Source: an uncultured Acidobacteriota bacterium (GTDB lineage Bacteria > Acidobacteriota > Thermoanaerobaculia > UBA5066 > Gp7-AA6). From it: a DNA stretch of 64,000 nucleotides. Positions within the stretch are counted from its first letter, which is position 1. Every line of letters begins with the position of its first letter. This document shows, in pieces, positions 18,562-29,619 of the stretch. The notes beneath the pieces were generated by a model. The model was not told where the DNA came from. It saw only the letters and a list, made by a program, of their open reading frames with translations, and ran no database searches. The position numbers and the translations under genes were made by a program. The stretch spans positions 64,001-128,000 of the forward strand of contig CAVXTP010000013.1 in assembly GCA_963764715.1 (NCBI GenBank), given 5' to 3'.

Positions 18562-21500
18562 GGATCTCCCGGAACGCGCGGAGCGCCGGCAGGCTCGTCT
18601 TCGCGAGCTTCGCCGACGCGCGCTTCGCGGAGGCGAACGCGCCGCCGCAGACGGTTTCGTAGTCGCAGTAGCGGCAGTCGTCCTTGTCGGCGGCGTGGGG
18701 AAACGCGCCGGCCCGCAGCAGGTCGAGCAGGCGCGCGAGGACCTCCCGCGTCTCGTTCAGGTCGAGGACCATCGCCATGCGCTGGCCTTCGCCCTTGCGG
18801 CCGGGGAAGAAGTAGCCCGACCGCGACACGGGAGCGGCGATTCCCGCCCGGTTCAGGAGGATCTCGAGGGCCATGGCGTAGAGGGCGTGCTGGATCTGCC
18901 GTCCGCCGTGGATCCCGCGCTTCTCCTTGTGGCGCCACGTTCCGCCGGTCTTGTAATCCCAGACGTGGAAGGATCCGTCGGGGGCCTCGTCGACCCGGTC
19001 GATCGAGCCGCGGAGCGCGAAAGCCGCGCCGGCGCCGATCGCGATGGAGACGGGCTCGCGGCTGGCGATCGCCGCCCGCGCGTCCGCCCGCGGCAGGCCG
19101 AACGGGATCTCGAAATAGCGCGGCGTCATCTCCCGGCAGTGCTCCTCTTCGAGCGCGAGGAACGTGCGGAGAGCGACGAGGATGTCGTCGCGCCGCTGGC
19201 CGAACGCCAGCTCCGAGGGCGGCGGGACTTTTTCCCGCCAGGCCGCCATCTGCCCGGCCGCGATCTCCTCGAGGAGGGGGGCGTGCCGGGCGGCGTCCGG
19301 TTTCTCGCCGGCGGCCGTGATCTTCTCGAAGAAGAGGCGGAAGACCTCGTGGAGGAGGGAGCCCGCCGTCATCGGATCGAGCCACTCCGTCGTGTCCCGT
19401 TCGAGCTCCTTCGGCGGCTCGATGCGCAGAACGTGCTTGAGGAAGTACTGAAAGGGGCACCGGGCCAGCGTCTCCAGGCGCGAGGCCGACTGGGGCTCGC
19501 CGCTCTCGCGGGGATCGAGCTCCGGCGTCCCGCTCCGGACCCACCCGTCGTAGATCGTGAACTCTTCCGAGCCGCGGGCCTCCTCGGCGCGGTGTCCCGC
19601 CTCGAGGTGGGGGTAGATCTCGCGGACCAGGGGAGCCGCCGCGCCCGCAGCCGCGGAGGGACCGGCGGCGGCGAGAACGGAGAGCCACCACTCGGTCTCG
19701 TCGAGAGCGGCGGAAGCGCCGGGCACGAATCCGGCCGCCTCGGGCAGAGCGGCGAGGAGATCGCTGTAGTCGGCCTGCGGCTCGCCCGCCCGGACGCGGT
19801 GAAGATCCAGGAAGAAGGGCGACGGAAACTGCTCGCTCTGTTGATCGAGGCTGCGCAGGTTCCAGCTCGAGTAGCTCGCCGTCAGGTGGCCGGTGACGCG
19901 GGCGACGCCGGCCTGGAGGGCGCGGGCCGATTCGCGGGGGCGCTCGCGATAGAGCGGCAGGCTGAGGGGCGCCAGAATCCGGTTGATGCTCCGGCGCTCG
20001 GCGTCGAGAAGGACGGGGTCTTCGAGGTCGGCGCCCGGATGCCGGGCCTCGTCGAGCCCGAGCAGATACGTGTGCGCCCGGCCGGAGAAGCCGCCGGAGC
20101 GGTAGTCGGCGACGTGCACCCGACCGGGCCGAGCGCGGTCGGCGTCGATCGACAGGGCGCGCACGGCATCCGCCAGGCGGCCGGCGGCTTCGGTCGGAGG
20201 GAGGGGAGTCGACGGGAGAACCTCCAGCTCCTCGAGGAGCTTCTCGAGGGCCGCGAGCGCCGTCGCGTCGAGCTCACCCGCGACGCGGGCGAACTCGCCG
20301 ACGAAAGTGCGGCAGCCGCGGGCGAGGGCCCGCAGGTCGCAGGCCGGCGCCGACGCGTCCGCGGCGAGCGCCAGCGCCCGCGAGGCGAACTCCCGGGCGC
20401 GCGTCGCCGCGGCCAGCCGCCGCGCCCGGCGTTCGGCGCGCTCGGCCCTTTCGCTCTCCCCGGCCTCGTCCGCTTCGCGGCCGCCCGCGTCGGGCTGTGC
20501 GAGCTCGGCGATCAGCCGATCGAGCGCGGCCGCGTGGCGCCGCGCGCCCCAGCCGATCTGCGCCTCGCGAAACGCGCGGGCGACGGCCCGGGTGCCCGGG
20601 CCTCCCTCCGCGGAACCGGCCACGCGCTCGAAGGTCAGCGCGCCCGCGGCGAGGGCTTTCCGCAGAACGTCGGCCTCGAATCCGCCTCCGACCCAGTCGA
20701 GAAACGTCAGCGCGGCCTGGCCCGGATGCGTGAACGGCGCGGCGACGCCCGAGCCGAAAGTGCACGGGACGCCGTGCTCGCAGGCGAGCTCCCACGCAAG
20801 GGCCGGATAGGTTCCGGGGTCGGTATAGAGGATCTCGACCTGGTCGAAGGGGATTTCGCCCTCGAGAATGCGTCGAAAGACCTCGCGGATCTCGTTCTCT
20901 TCGCCCACGGCGCGCACGAGCCGGGCCCGGGCCGCCACCGAGGCCCACTGCGCGAGAGGTTCCGTCGGCAGCACTTCGAGCCGGCCGGCCGCGACTTTCT
21001 CGACGAGCGAGCGCTCGACGGCGGTCAGGTCCGCGTCCTCCGGCAGGAGATAGACCGGCGCCGACGGGCCGGGGCCCGCCGCCTCGACCGCCCGGCGGAG
21101 CACCGCCGCCGAGTCGATGAACCGGCCCTTCGCGAGATCGGCGTCGTACCGGGACAGGATGCCCCGGAGCTCCTGGAGCTTGCGCGGATCGTCGAACGCC
21201 CCGGGCGGCAGGGCCGCCGCCGAGAGGCCGGCGGCGCGGATCTCCTCGAACGTGCGCTGGAGCGCCCGGTGGAATCCGGGCCGGTCGCGGAGCTGACCGA
21301 AATAGGACTTCGGCGTCAGGAATTCGGCGCAGGCCTGCTCGACCAGGGCGAGGGCCTGGGCGCGCGAAAGCAGTCGCAGCCCCTCCCGCGCCAGGGCCGG
21401 GCCGACGCGGTCGAGGGCGAGGGTGCGCACGGTCGCGACGCGCAGGTTCATCCAGGGCTGCCCTTCGCGGGCCAGCCGCTCGACGAGGGTGTGGCCGATC

Positions 21501-21646
21501 GCGAGCGACGGCGCGACGAGCACCTTCTCCTCGAGCGGGCGCTCGCGGCAGACGCGGGCGAGCGAGTCGATCAGTCGCGCGGGGGCGACGGCCGCCTCCG
21601 GGCGAGGCTCGGGCTCGTCGAACGGGAGAAAGGGCTGCTCCGCCAT
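18548..21646 (-). CDS. addB: AddB-like inactive helicase / PD-(D/E)xK nuclease with Fe-S staple
   Basis: SASRLETLARCPFQYF, RGSIDRVD...DYKTG, QHALY, CRYCDYETVC; overlaps addA-like start. Confidence 0.75.
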   Translation of the reverse strand: MAEQPFLPFDEPEPRPEAAVAPARLIDSLARVCRERPLEEKVLVAPSLAIGHTLVERLAREGQPWMNLRVATVRTLALDRVGPALAREGLRLLSRAQALALVEQACAEFLTPKSYFGQLRDRPGFHRALQRTFEEIRAAGLSAAALPPGAFDDPRKLQELRGILSRYDADLAKGRFIDSAAVLRRAVEAAGPGPSAPVYLLPEDADLTAVERSLVEKVAAGRLEVLPTEPLAQWASVAARARLVRAVGEENEIREVFRRILEGEIPFDQVEILYTDPGTYPALAWELACEHGVPCTFGSGVAAPFTHPGQAALTFLDWVGGGFEADVLRKALAAGALTFERVAGSAEGGPGTRAVARAFREAQIGWGARRHAAALDRLIAELAQPDAGGREADEAGESERAERAERRARRLAAATRAREFASRALALAADASAPACDLRALARGCRTFVGEFARVAGELDATALAALEKLLEELEVLPSTPLPPTEAAGRLADAVRALSIDADRARPGRVHVADYRSGGFSGRAHTYLLGLDEARHPGADLEDPVLLDAERRSINRILAPLSLPLYRERPRESARALQAGVARVTGHLTASYSSWNLRSLDQQSEQFPSPFFLDLHRVRAGEPQADYSDLLAALPEAAGFVPGASAALDETEWWLSVLAAAGPSAAAGAAAPLVREIYPHLEAGHRAEEARGSEEFTIYDGWVRSGTPELDPRESGEPQSASRLETLARCPFQYFLKHVLRIEPPKELERDTTEWLDPMTAGSLLHEVFRLFFEKITAAGEKPDAARHAPLLEEIAAGQMAAWREKVPPPSELAFGQRRDDILVALRTFLALEEEHCREMTPRYFEIPFGLPRADARAAIASREPVSIAIGAGAAFALRGSIDRVDEAPDGSFHVWDYKTGGTWRHKEKRGIHGGRQIQHALYAMALEILLNRAGIAAPVSRSGYFFPGRKGEGQRMAMVLDLNETREVLARLLDLLRAGAFPHAADKDDCRYCDYETVCGGAFASAKRASAKLAKTSLPALRAFREIHGEG

Positions 21647-21711
21647 GGACGCCGCACATTCTGTCTCACTCGATGGACAAACGTCGTCCGGGCGAAGGGA
21701 GTAGACTCCGG

Positions 21712-23583
<1,872 letters not shown>

Positions 23584-23604
23584 GGGCGGGGGAGTGCCCC
23601 GCCC
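23584..23604. repeat. REP-like GC hairpin between convergent genes
   Basis: GGGCGGGG-GAGTG-CCCCGCCC; same arms as REP at 40328-40352. Confidence 0.55.
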
Positions 23605-23613
23605 GCGGCGCCC

Positions 23614-24384
23614 CTAGAACTTCGCCACGATCCCGACGGCCGTCGCGGTGTCGGTGTGGCCGAAGCCCTCGACCGGCTGGTTGCGCCAGAGCACGGTCCA
23701 CGACGCCTGCAGGGCGAAGACCTTGGAGATGTCGGCCGTGATCGCCGCCTTGTTGGTGATGAAGTAGTTCTGCGTGTCGTCGAGATCGAGCAGGTAGCCG
23801 AAGTCGTTCGTGAAGGCCGCCGTCTTGGTGAACTGCCACTTGTAGGCGAGGGCCGCCCGCACGTTGGCGTAGCTGCGCGAGGGCTGGACGATGTCGTCGA
23901 TGATGTCCTTCTCGTTCGTCCAGCCGACGCCGCCTTCGACCCGCAGGAACTGCGTCGGGCCCTTGAAGAGCTTGTAGCCGGCGCCGGCGTCAACGCTGTA
24001 CAGGGAGTCGATGCCCGAAAACGTGTTCCGCAGGTAGCCGCCGCCGGCGAAGACGTCGAGGCGCTCGGTGAGGTCGCGCGAGGCGCGCAGGGACACCACC
24101 GTCGACTGGGCGGTCGTGACGCCGTCGGTCGCCGAATAGAGGTAGGCGCCCTTCAGGGTGAAGAGCCACGGCTTGGGGTTGTAATTGACTTCCGCGGCTC
24201 CGCCGATCGACGTCGTGTCCGTGTTGCCCGAGGTCGACAGGAACGAGAAGTTGACCTTGCCGAACCAGAGCGGATCGGGCGGAGGCGGCGGCTCCGGGCA
24301 CGGGCACGGAGGCGGCGTCTGCGCCAGCGCGCTTCCGGCGGCGAGAATGAGGACAATGAGGATGGAGACCAGGCGAATCTTCAC
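23614..24384 (-). CDS. DUF481 (YdiY-like) outer-membrane beta-barrel protein
   Basis: GTG start after AAGGGGGG; signal peptide, Pro linker, STSGNTDT, D....G.GY.., TDTAT..G...KF terminal Phe. Confidence 0.85.
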   Translation of the reverse strand: MKIRLVSILIVLILAAGSALAQTPPPCPCPEPPPPPDPLWFGKVNFSFLSTSGNTDTTSIGGAAEVNYNPKPWLFTLKGAYLYSATDGVTTAQSTVVSLRASRDLTERLDVFAGGGYLRNTFSGIDSLYSVDAGAGYKLFKGPTQFLRVEGGVGWTNEKDIIDDIVQPSRSYANVRAALAYKWQFTKTAAFTNDFGYLLDLDDTQNYFITNKAAITADISKVFALQASWTVLWRNQPVEGFGHTDTATAVGIVAKF

Positions 24385-24539
24385 GGTACCCCCCTTCAGC
24401 GAAGTCGGGATCCTAGCACCCGGAAACGGCCGGACGACCAACGTGTCGGGCCCGGTTTCGTCGAGGAATCCGTTGAAACCTTTTCCGGGGCGATTCCGAA
24501 TATGAGGGAATGCCGGCCCCCCGGCACGAGGAGGTTCTC

Positions 24540-25316
24540 ATGACCGAGGTGACCCGACACGAGCCCGGCTCCTTTTCGTGGGTGGAGCTCGCCACGAGCG
24601 ATCCCGCCGCCGCCAAGTCGTTCTATGCGACGCTCTTCGGCTGGGCGCCCGTCGACTCGCCGATGGGCCCCGGGCCCGAGGACGTCTACACGCGCCTCCA
24701 GATCGGCGGCAGGGACGTCGGCGCGCTCTACAAGATGATGAAGGAGCAGGCCGCGCAGGGCGTGCCGCCCAACTGGCTCTGCTACGTGGCCGTCGCGAGC
24801 GCCGACGAAACGGCGGCGAAGGCGAAGTCGCTCGGAGCGACGATCCTCGCCGAGCCCTTCGACGTCATGGAGTACGGCCGCATGGCGATGCTGCAGGACC
24901 CGGAGGGGGCCGTGTTCGCGATCTGGCAGGCGAAGCAGCACACCGGCATCCAGCTCGCCGGCGAGCCGGGCACGGCGTGCTGGTGCGAGCTCTCGTCGCG
25001 GGATGCGGCGAAGGCCGGCAAGTTCTACTCGGGCCTCTTCGGCTGGCAGCTGAAGACCTCCGATCCCGCGTACCACGAGATCTCGAGGGGCGGTGTCCCG
25101 ATCGGCGGGATCCTTCCGCTCGGTCCGGAGATGCAGGGCGTCCCGCCGCACTGGGGGGTCTACTTCCAGGTCGCCGACTGCGACGCGACCGTCGCGAAGG
25201 CGACGAAGCTCGGAGGAAAGCTCTGCTTCGGCCCGCACGACATCGCCAACGTCGGCCGGTTCGCCGCGGTCCAGGACCCGCAGGGCGCGGCGTTCTCGGT
25301 CATCAGGCTCGGGTGA
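24540..25316 (+). CDS. Two-domain VOC/glyoxalase family protein
   Basis: PGSFSWVELAT.D..AAK.FY..LFGW and second repeat WCEL...FY..LFGW...DPQGA.F; SD GAGGAGG. Confidence 0.92.
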   Translation: MTEVTRHEPGSFSWVELATSDPAAAKSFYATLFGWAPVDSPMGPGPEDVYTRLQIGGRDVGALYKMMKEQAAQGVPPNWLCYVAVASADETAAKAKSLGATILAEPFDVMEYGRMAMLQDPEGAVFAIWQAKQHTGIQLAGEPGTACWCELSSRDAAKAGKFYSGLFGWQLKTSDPAYHEISRGGVPIGGILPLGPEMQGVPPHWGVYFQVADCDATVAKATKLGGKLCFGPHDIANVGRFAAVQDPQGAAFSVIRLG

Positions 25317-25332
25317 GCGCGACCGCCGTCCG

Positions 25333-26415
25333 TCAGACCTTGACGAAGATGCGCTTGCGGTAGAGCAGGCCGAAGACCGCGATCCAGACCGCGAGATACG
25401 CGAGCGCGAAGAGGAGCGATCCGAGACGCGGGTCGGCGAACCGGTCGAACAGCGCCCGGTACGCGGTCGTCCAGGGGGAATGGGGCTTGCCGTCCGGGCC
25501 CGGGACCTTGATCGCGATCAGGGCCACGGCCGTCAGCGACGACAGCAGAAAAGCCGCGATGGCGTTGCGGCCCAGCCACACGAAGGGCGCGGCCCAGGCC
25601 CGCCGGCCGGCCACGTCGACGACCGCGACGCAGGCGGCCAGCGCGATCGCGGCGAGCCCGGACATCAGCAGCGCGTAAGACGAGGTCCACAGGTTCTTGT
25701 TGACCGGAAAGACGAGTCCCCACGCGAGGCCCGCGGCCGTCGCGGCGATGCCGCCGCCGAGGAGGGCCGCGATCTTGCGCGCCAGGGGAGACGGCGAGCG
25801 CAGGCGCTCCCCGGCCAGGACGCCGAGGAGGGTCGTCGCGACCGCGGGCAGCGTCGAGAGCAGTCCCTCGGGATCGAACGCCGGGCGGTACATGTGGGGC
25901 CCCAGCAGCGCGCGGTCGAGCCGGGCCGCGAGATTCCCCTCGGGGTCGAGCGGGCCGGTCGACAGGATCGCCCAGTACCCGAGGAGCAATGCCGCTGCGC
26001 CCCAGGCCGCGCCGCGCATACCGGCCACAAGGTAGATCGCGCCCGCACAGAGCACACAGAGGGCGATGCGCTGGAGAACGCCGGGGACGCGGAAGTGCTC
26101 GCGGTGGAACGCGAGAAAGCCGGCGAGGTTGAGAACGAGCCCCAGGACGAAGAGAACGGCCGAGCGGATCACGGTTTTGCGGAACAGCGCGTCGGCCGAA
26201 GCGCCGGCGGCGCGCCGGCCGCCGAGCGAGAGAGCGATCGAGACGCCGACCGTGAAGAGGAAGAACGGGAAGATCGTGTCGGTGTACGTCCAGCCGTGCC
26301 ATTCGGCGTGCTCGAGCGGGGGATAGACGGCCGACCAGGTGCCGGGGTTGTTGACGACGATCATGCCCGCGATCGTCGCGCCGCGCAGGGCGTCCACCGA
26401 TTCGAGGCGGGGCAT
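25333..26415 (-). CDS. Heparan-alpha-glucosaminide N-acetyltransferase-like membrane acyltransferase
   Basis: RLESVDALRG, MIVVNNPG, HAEWHG, PGVLQRIA, FDPEGLLST, PVNKNLWTSSY. Confidence 0.9.
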   Translation of the reverse strand: MPRLESVDALRGATIAGMIVVNNPGTWSAVYPPLEHAEWHGWTYTDTIFPFFLFTVGVSIALSLGGRRAAGASADALFRKTVIRSAVLFVLGLVLNLAGFLAFHREHFRVPGVLQRIALCVLCAGAIYLVAGMRGAAWGAAALLLGYWAILSTGPLDPEGNLAARLDRALLGPHMYRPAFDPEGLLSTLPAVATTLLGVLAGERLRSPSPLARKIAALLGGGIAATAAGLAWGLVFPVNKNLWTSSYALLMSGLAAIALAACVAVVDVAGRRAWAAPFVWLGRNAIAAFLLSSLTAVALIAIKVPGPDGKPHSPWTTAYRALFDRFADPRLGSLLFALAYLAVWIAVFGLLYRKRIFVKV

Positions 26416-26461
26416 CGAACGACTTTACTCCGGGGACGAGGCGGCTCCGGCCGGCGCGGCT

Positions 26462-27631
26462 CTAAGGCTTTTTCTCGAAGCGGCCGGCGAGGCCGTCGGG
26501 CTCCTTGCCGGTCGGCCAGGCGTCGGCGACCTTGAGGAGGTCGAGGTCGAGCACGACGACGACGTCCGCGTGGGCGGCGGCGACCCAGGCCCGCTTTCCG
26601 TCGGGCGCGATCAGGAGGCCGACCGGAGCGGAGCTCGCGCCGAACCTCTTCTGAAAGACCCGCGAATCGCTTCCGGCGACGGCGTCGCGGCCGAGGGGGA
26701 TGCGCTTGACCTCGGCGCGGGTCGCGACGTCGAAGACGCCGACGTCGCCCGAGCCCGTGAAGGAGACGAGGGCGCGCTTGCCGTCGGGCGCGATGCGCAC
26801 GCGGATCGGAAAGGAGCCCGCCTTGATCGTCGCGACGACCTTCGCCGACTTCGCGTCGATGACCGAGATCGTGTTGGACTCGCGATTGGCGACCCAGATC
26901 TCGCGCCCGTCGGGCGTGACGTCGAGGCCCTCGGCGCCGCGGCCCGTCGGGATGTCGCCGAGGACCTTGCCCCCCGGAACGTCGATCTCGGTGACGACGC
27001 CTCTCCGCAGGGCCGTGACCCACGCGATCTTGCCGTCGGGCGAGGCGGCGACCATGTGCGAGAGGTCGTGGCCGGTCGGGATGCGCACGGTGACGCGGGC
27101 CGTTTTCGGGTCGACGACGGCGAGCTCCTTCTTGCCCTCCGCGGTCACGAGGAGCCGGCCGTCTTTCAGGGCGAAGAGACCGTGGGGCCGCGAGCCCTCC
27201 CCGAGGTCGACGCGGGAGTTCACCTTGCCGGTCGCGATGTCGATGAGCGCGACGACCCGGCCCGGGGAGCCGGCGCGTCCGTAGTCGCTGACGGCCACGG
27301 TCTTGCCGTCGGCGAGGACCTCCGCCTCGTGCGGGCCGGATTCGACCGGCGCCGTCCACTTCAGCTTGCCCGTCGCGGCGTCGAAGACCGAGATCGAGTT
27401 GTCCGACTTGTTGACGACGACGAGGGCGTCGTTCGAGGGCCGCGGCGTCGGGGTCGGCGTGGGCGGCCCGGTCGGCGAGGGCGACGGGCTGCGGCCCCGG
27501 GAGCCCGGGCGCGGCGTCGCGGTCGGCCGGGGGGTCGAGACGCTCCCGGGGCTCGCGGCCCCGGGCGCAACGTTGGGGGATCCGGATGCCGTCTGGAGCA
27601 GGAGGAGGCCGGACAGGGCGAATTCGAGCAT
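26462..27631 (-). CDS. Exported YVTN/YncE-type beta-propeller protein
   Basis: Pro/Thr-rich linker, repeats such as VTPDGREIWVANRESNTISVID, GPHE, RPHG, EPDGL. Confidence 0.85.
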   Translation of the reverse strand: MLEFALSGLLLLQTASGSPNVAPGAASPGSVSTPRPTATPRPGSRGRSPSPSPTGPPTPTPTPRPSNDALVVVNKSDNSISVFDAATGKLKWTAPVESGPHEAEVLADGKTVAVSDYGRAGSPGRVVALIDIATGKVNSRVDLGEGSRPHGLFALKDGRLLVTAEGKKELAVVDPKTARVTVRIPTGHDLSHMVAASPDGKIAWVTALRRGVVTEIDVPGGKVLGDIPTGRGAEGLDVTPDGREIWVANRESNTISVIDAKSAKVVATIKAGSFPIRVRIAPDGKRALVSFTGSGDVGVFDVATRAEVKRIPLGRDAVAGSDSRVFQKRFGASSAPVGLLIAPDGKRAWVAAAHADVVVVLDLDLLKVADAWPTGKEPDGLAGRFEKKP

Positions 27632-27637
27632 CGGCAG

Positions 27638-28852
27638 CTAGTTTACGGGCAGGACGACCAAAGCGCCGGGCCGCTCGGAGAGGGCGGCCGGTCCGCCCGA
27701 CTCGCGGACCGCGAAATCGTCCTCGATCCGGACCCCGAACTTCCCGGGCAGGTAGATGCCGGGCTCGATCGTGACCGTGTTGCCGGAGGAAAGCGCGGTG
27801 CCGTTGCCCCGGACGAGGTACGGCGGCTCGTGGCCGTCCATGCCGAGGCCGTGGCCGAGCCGATGGGTGAAGTAAGCCCCGTAGCCGCCCGCCTCGATGA
27901 CTTGGCGCGCGGCGCGGTCGACCTCGGCCCCGGCCGCGCCGGCGCGGAGCGCCTCGATGCCGGCGGCCTGCGCGCGGTCGACGAGCGCGTAGACCTTGCG
28001 AACCTCGTCCGAGGGCGGCCCGAAGCTGGCGGTGCGCGTGACGTCCGACGTGTAGCCGCGGACCTTGCAGCCCGCGTCGATCAGCACGACGTCGCCGGCC
28101 GCGAGCTTCCGGTCGCCCGGGCCGCCGTGCGGTAGCGCCGAGGAGGGGCCGAACTGGACGAGGCCGCCGCCGCGAACGCCGAGGGCCTGGAACTGCTGCT
28201 CGAGGAGGTCGGAGACCTGGCTTTCGGTCATTCCCCGCGCGAGCTTGCGGTGCACGCCCGCGATCGCGAGCGACGTGCGGCGCGCCGCCTCCCGGAGGAA
28301 CGCCTGCTCTTCGGCGCTCTTCACCATGCGGAGCGAGTCGAAGGCCGCCGTCGCGTCGCGCGCCTCGAGATGCGCGGCGGCCTGGAGCTCCGACGCCGTG
28401 TGGAACGCGGTCGTTCCCTCGACGCCGAGGACCCGGGCCTTGCCGAGCGCCTTCGCCGCGAGCGGCATCGGGTCCTCGTCCTCGTTCCACGTCACGAGCT
28501 CGTCGAAGACGGCGTCCCGCTTGTGGTTCTCGGCCTCGAACGACGGAGTCACGAGGACGGCGGGCCCGTCGGCGAGGAGAACCAGGGCGGTCAGCCGTTC
28601 GCTCCGGCCGATCGCGAGGTTCGCCGACCAGGCGAGGTTGGTCGAAGGCGTCACGAAGAGGGCGTCGAAGCCCCGCGCCTTCGCCGCGGCGCGCAGGCGT
28701 GCCTGCCGCTCGCGGAAGGCCTCGGGCGGAAGCGGCGGCGGCAGGGGCGGCGCCGACGGCGGGCCGGGCGCGGCCTCGAGCCCCGCGGGAAGCGCCGACG
28801 CCGCGGCCGCGGCTCCGGCGGCGGTCATCCAGCGGCGGCGGGTCAGGGTCAT
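27638..28852 (-). CDS. Tat-exported Xaa-Pro peptidase (M24)
   Basis: MTLTRRRWM twin-arginine signal; SALPHG, IDAG...GYTSDVTRT, HRLGHGLGMDGHE, TIEPGIY, GVRIEDD. Confidence 0.92.
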   Translation of the reverse strand: MTLTRRRWMTAAGAAAAASALPAGLEAAPGPPSAPPLPPPLPPEAFRERQARLRAAAKARGFDALFVTPSTNLAWSANLAIGRSERLTALVLLADGPAVLVTPSFEAENHKRDAVFDELVTWNEDEDPMPLAAKALGKARVLGVEGTTAFHTASELQAAAHLEARDATAAFDSLRMVKSAEEQAFLREAARRTSLAIAGVHRKLARGMTESQVSDLLEQQFQALGVRGGGLVQFGPSSALPHGGPGDRKLAAGDVVLIDAGCKVRGYTSDVTRTASFGPPSDEVRKVYALVDRAQAAGIEALRAGAAGAEVDRAARQVIEAGGYGAYFTHRLGHGLGMDGHEPPYLVRGNGTALSSGNTVTIEPGIYLPGKFGVRIEDDFAVRESGGPAALSERPGALVVLPVN

Positions 28853-28913
28853 GCGGCGCGTAGGATACCGTTTCGCGGGCGCGGCGGTCCGCCGCGGCAC
28901 CCGCGCGCGCGGA

Positions 28914-29072
28914 TCAGTCGCTGTCGCGGCGGCGCTCGCCCTGGCGCCGGTCGACGCGGACGGCGTCGGACGGCGTATAGCGTTCGTGGGCGCGGCGGTC
29001 CCCGGTCCGGCGCTCGCTCTTTTCCTCCCGGCGGTCCTCGACCGGGTCGTTCGGCGCGTTGTCGTCGATCAT
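28914..29072 (-). CDS. Small charged protein (52 aa) with repeated (D/E)RR / RxxxR motifs; not in ORF track
   Basis: MIDDNAPNDPVEDRREEKSERRTGDRRAHERYTPSDAVRVDRRQGERRRDSD*; GC3-biased codons, GAGGA upstream, fills a gap between co-oriented genes. Confidence 0.6.
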   Translation of the reverse strand: MIDDNAPNDPVEDRREEKSERRTGDRRAHERYTPSDAVRVDRRQGERRRDSD

Positions 29073-29179
29073 GGGTCGGATCTTCCTCGACGGGTGTCGG
29101 TCAACTCGGGCGTCTCCAGGTCAGGTTCTCCCGCACGCGCGAAGGCAACGCCGGCCCGGCGGGCGGCATTCCCGCGACC

Positions 29180-29599
29180 TCAGTAGACGCCTCCGGTCAG
29201 GTGGACGATCGCGGTCCAGAGGCCGCGGCTGAATCGAAAGGTCACGAGCGGGACCACGATGGCGGCCGTTCCCCACACGCCGAGCAGAATCGGCAGCGGC
29301 CACAGCGGCGAGAATGCCGAGGCGATCATGAGCCCGAAGGCGACGACGAACGTGTTGAGGTCGAGGGAGCCCACCCACTGCCCGTGCTCGCGGGCGAAGC
29401 GCACGCCGCAGCTCGAGCACGCCTCGTGCATCGTGAAGTACGTCCGGAAGAGCGGACCCTGGCCGCAGACCGGGCACCGCAGCCTCAGTCCGCGCCAGAG
29501 GACCTTGCGCCAGTAGCCTTCCGGCCAGCCCGTGCGCGGGTGCGCCGCGGTTCCGCGAAGGGGAAGGACGGGAGGAGGATCGGGGCCCGGGGCGGCCAT
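29180..29599 (-). CDS. DUF983 family protein
   Basis: GLRLRCPVCGQGPLF...CSSCG zinc ribbon followed by two TM helices. Confidence 0.85.
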   Translation of the reverse strand: MAAPGPDPPPVLPLRGTAAHPRTGWPEGYWRKVLWRGLRLRCPVCGQGPLFRTYFTMHEACSSCGVRFAREHGQWVGSLDLNTFVVAFGLMIASAFSPLWPLPILLGVWGTAAIVVPLVTFRFSRGLWTAIVHLTGGVY

Positions 29600-29619
29600 G
29601 GGACGGCGATCTTACCGCG

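Noticed and set aside
3800-21646. Anti-phage defence island (helicases + nucleases)
   Set aside because: Lhr and AddAB-like genes have host-typical composition and housekeeping neighbours; no mobile-element or defence accessory genes seen.
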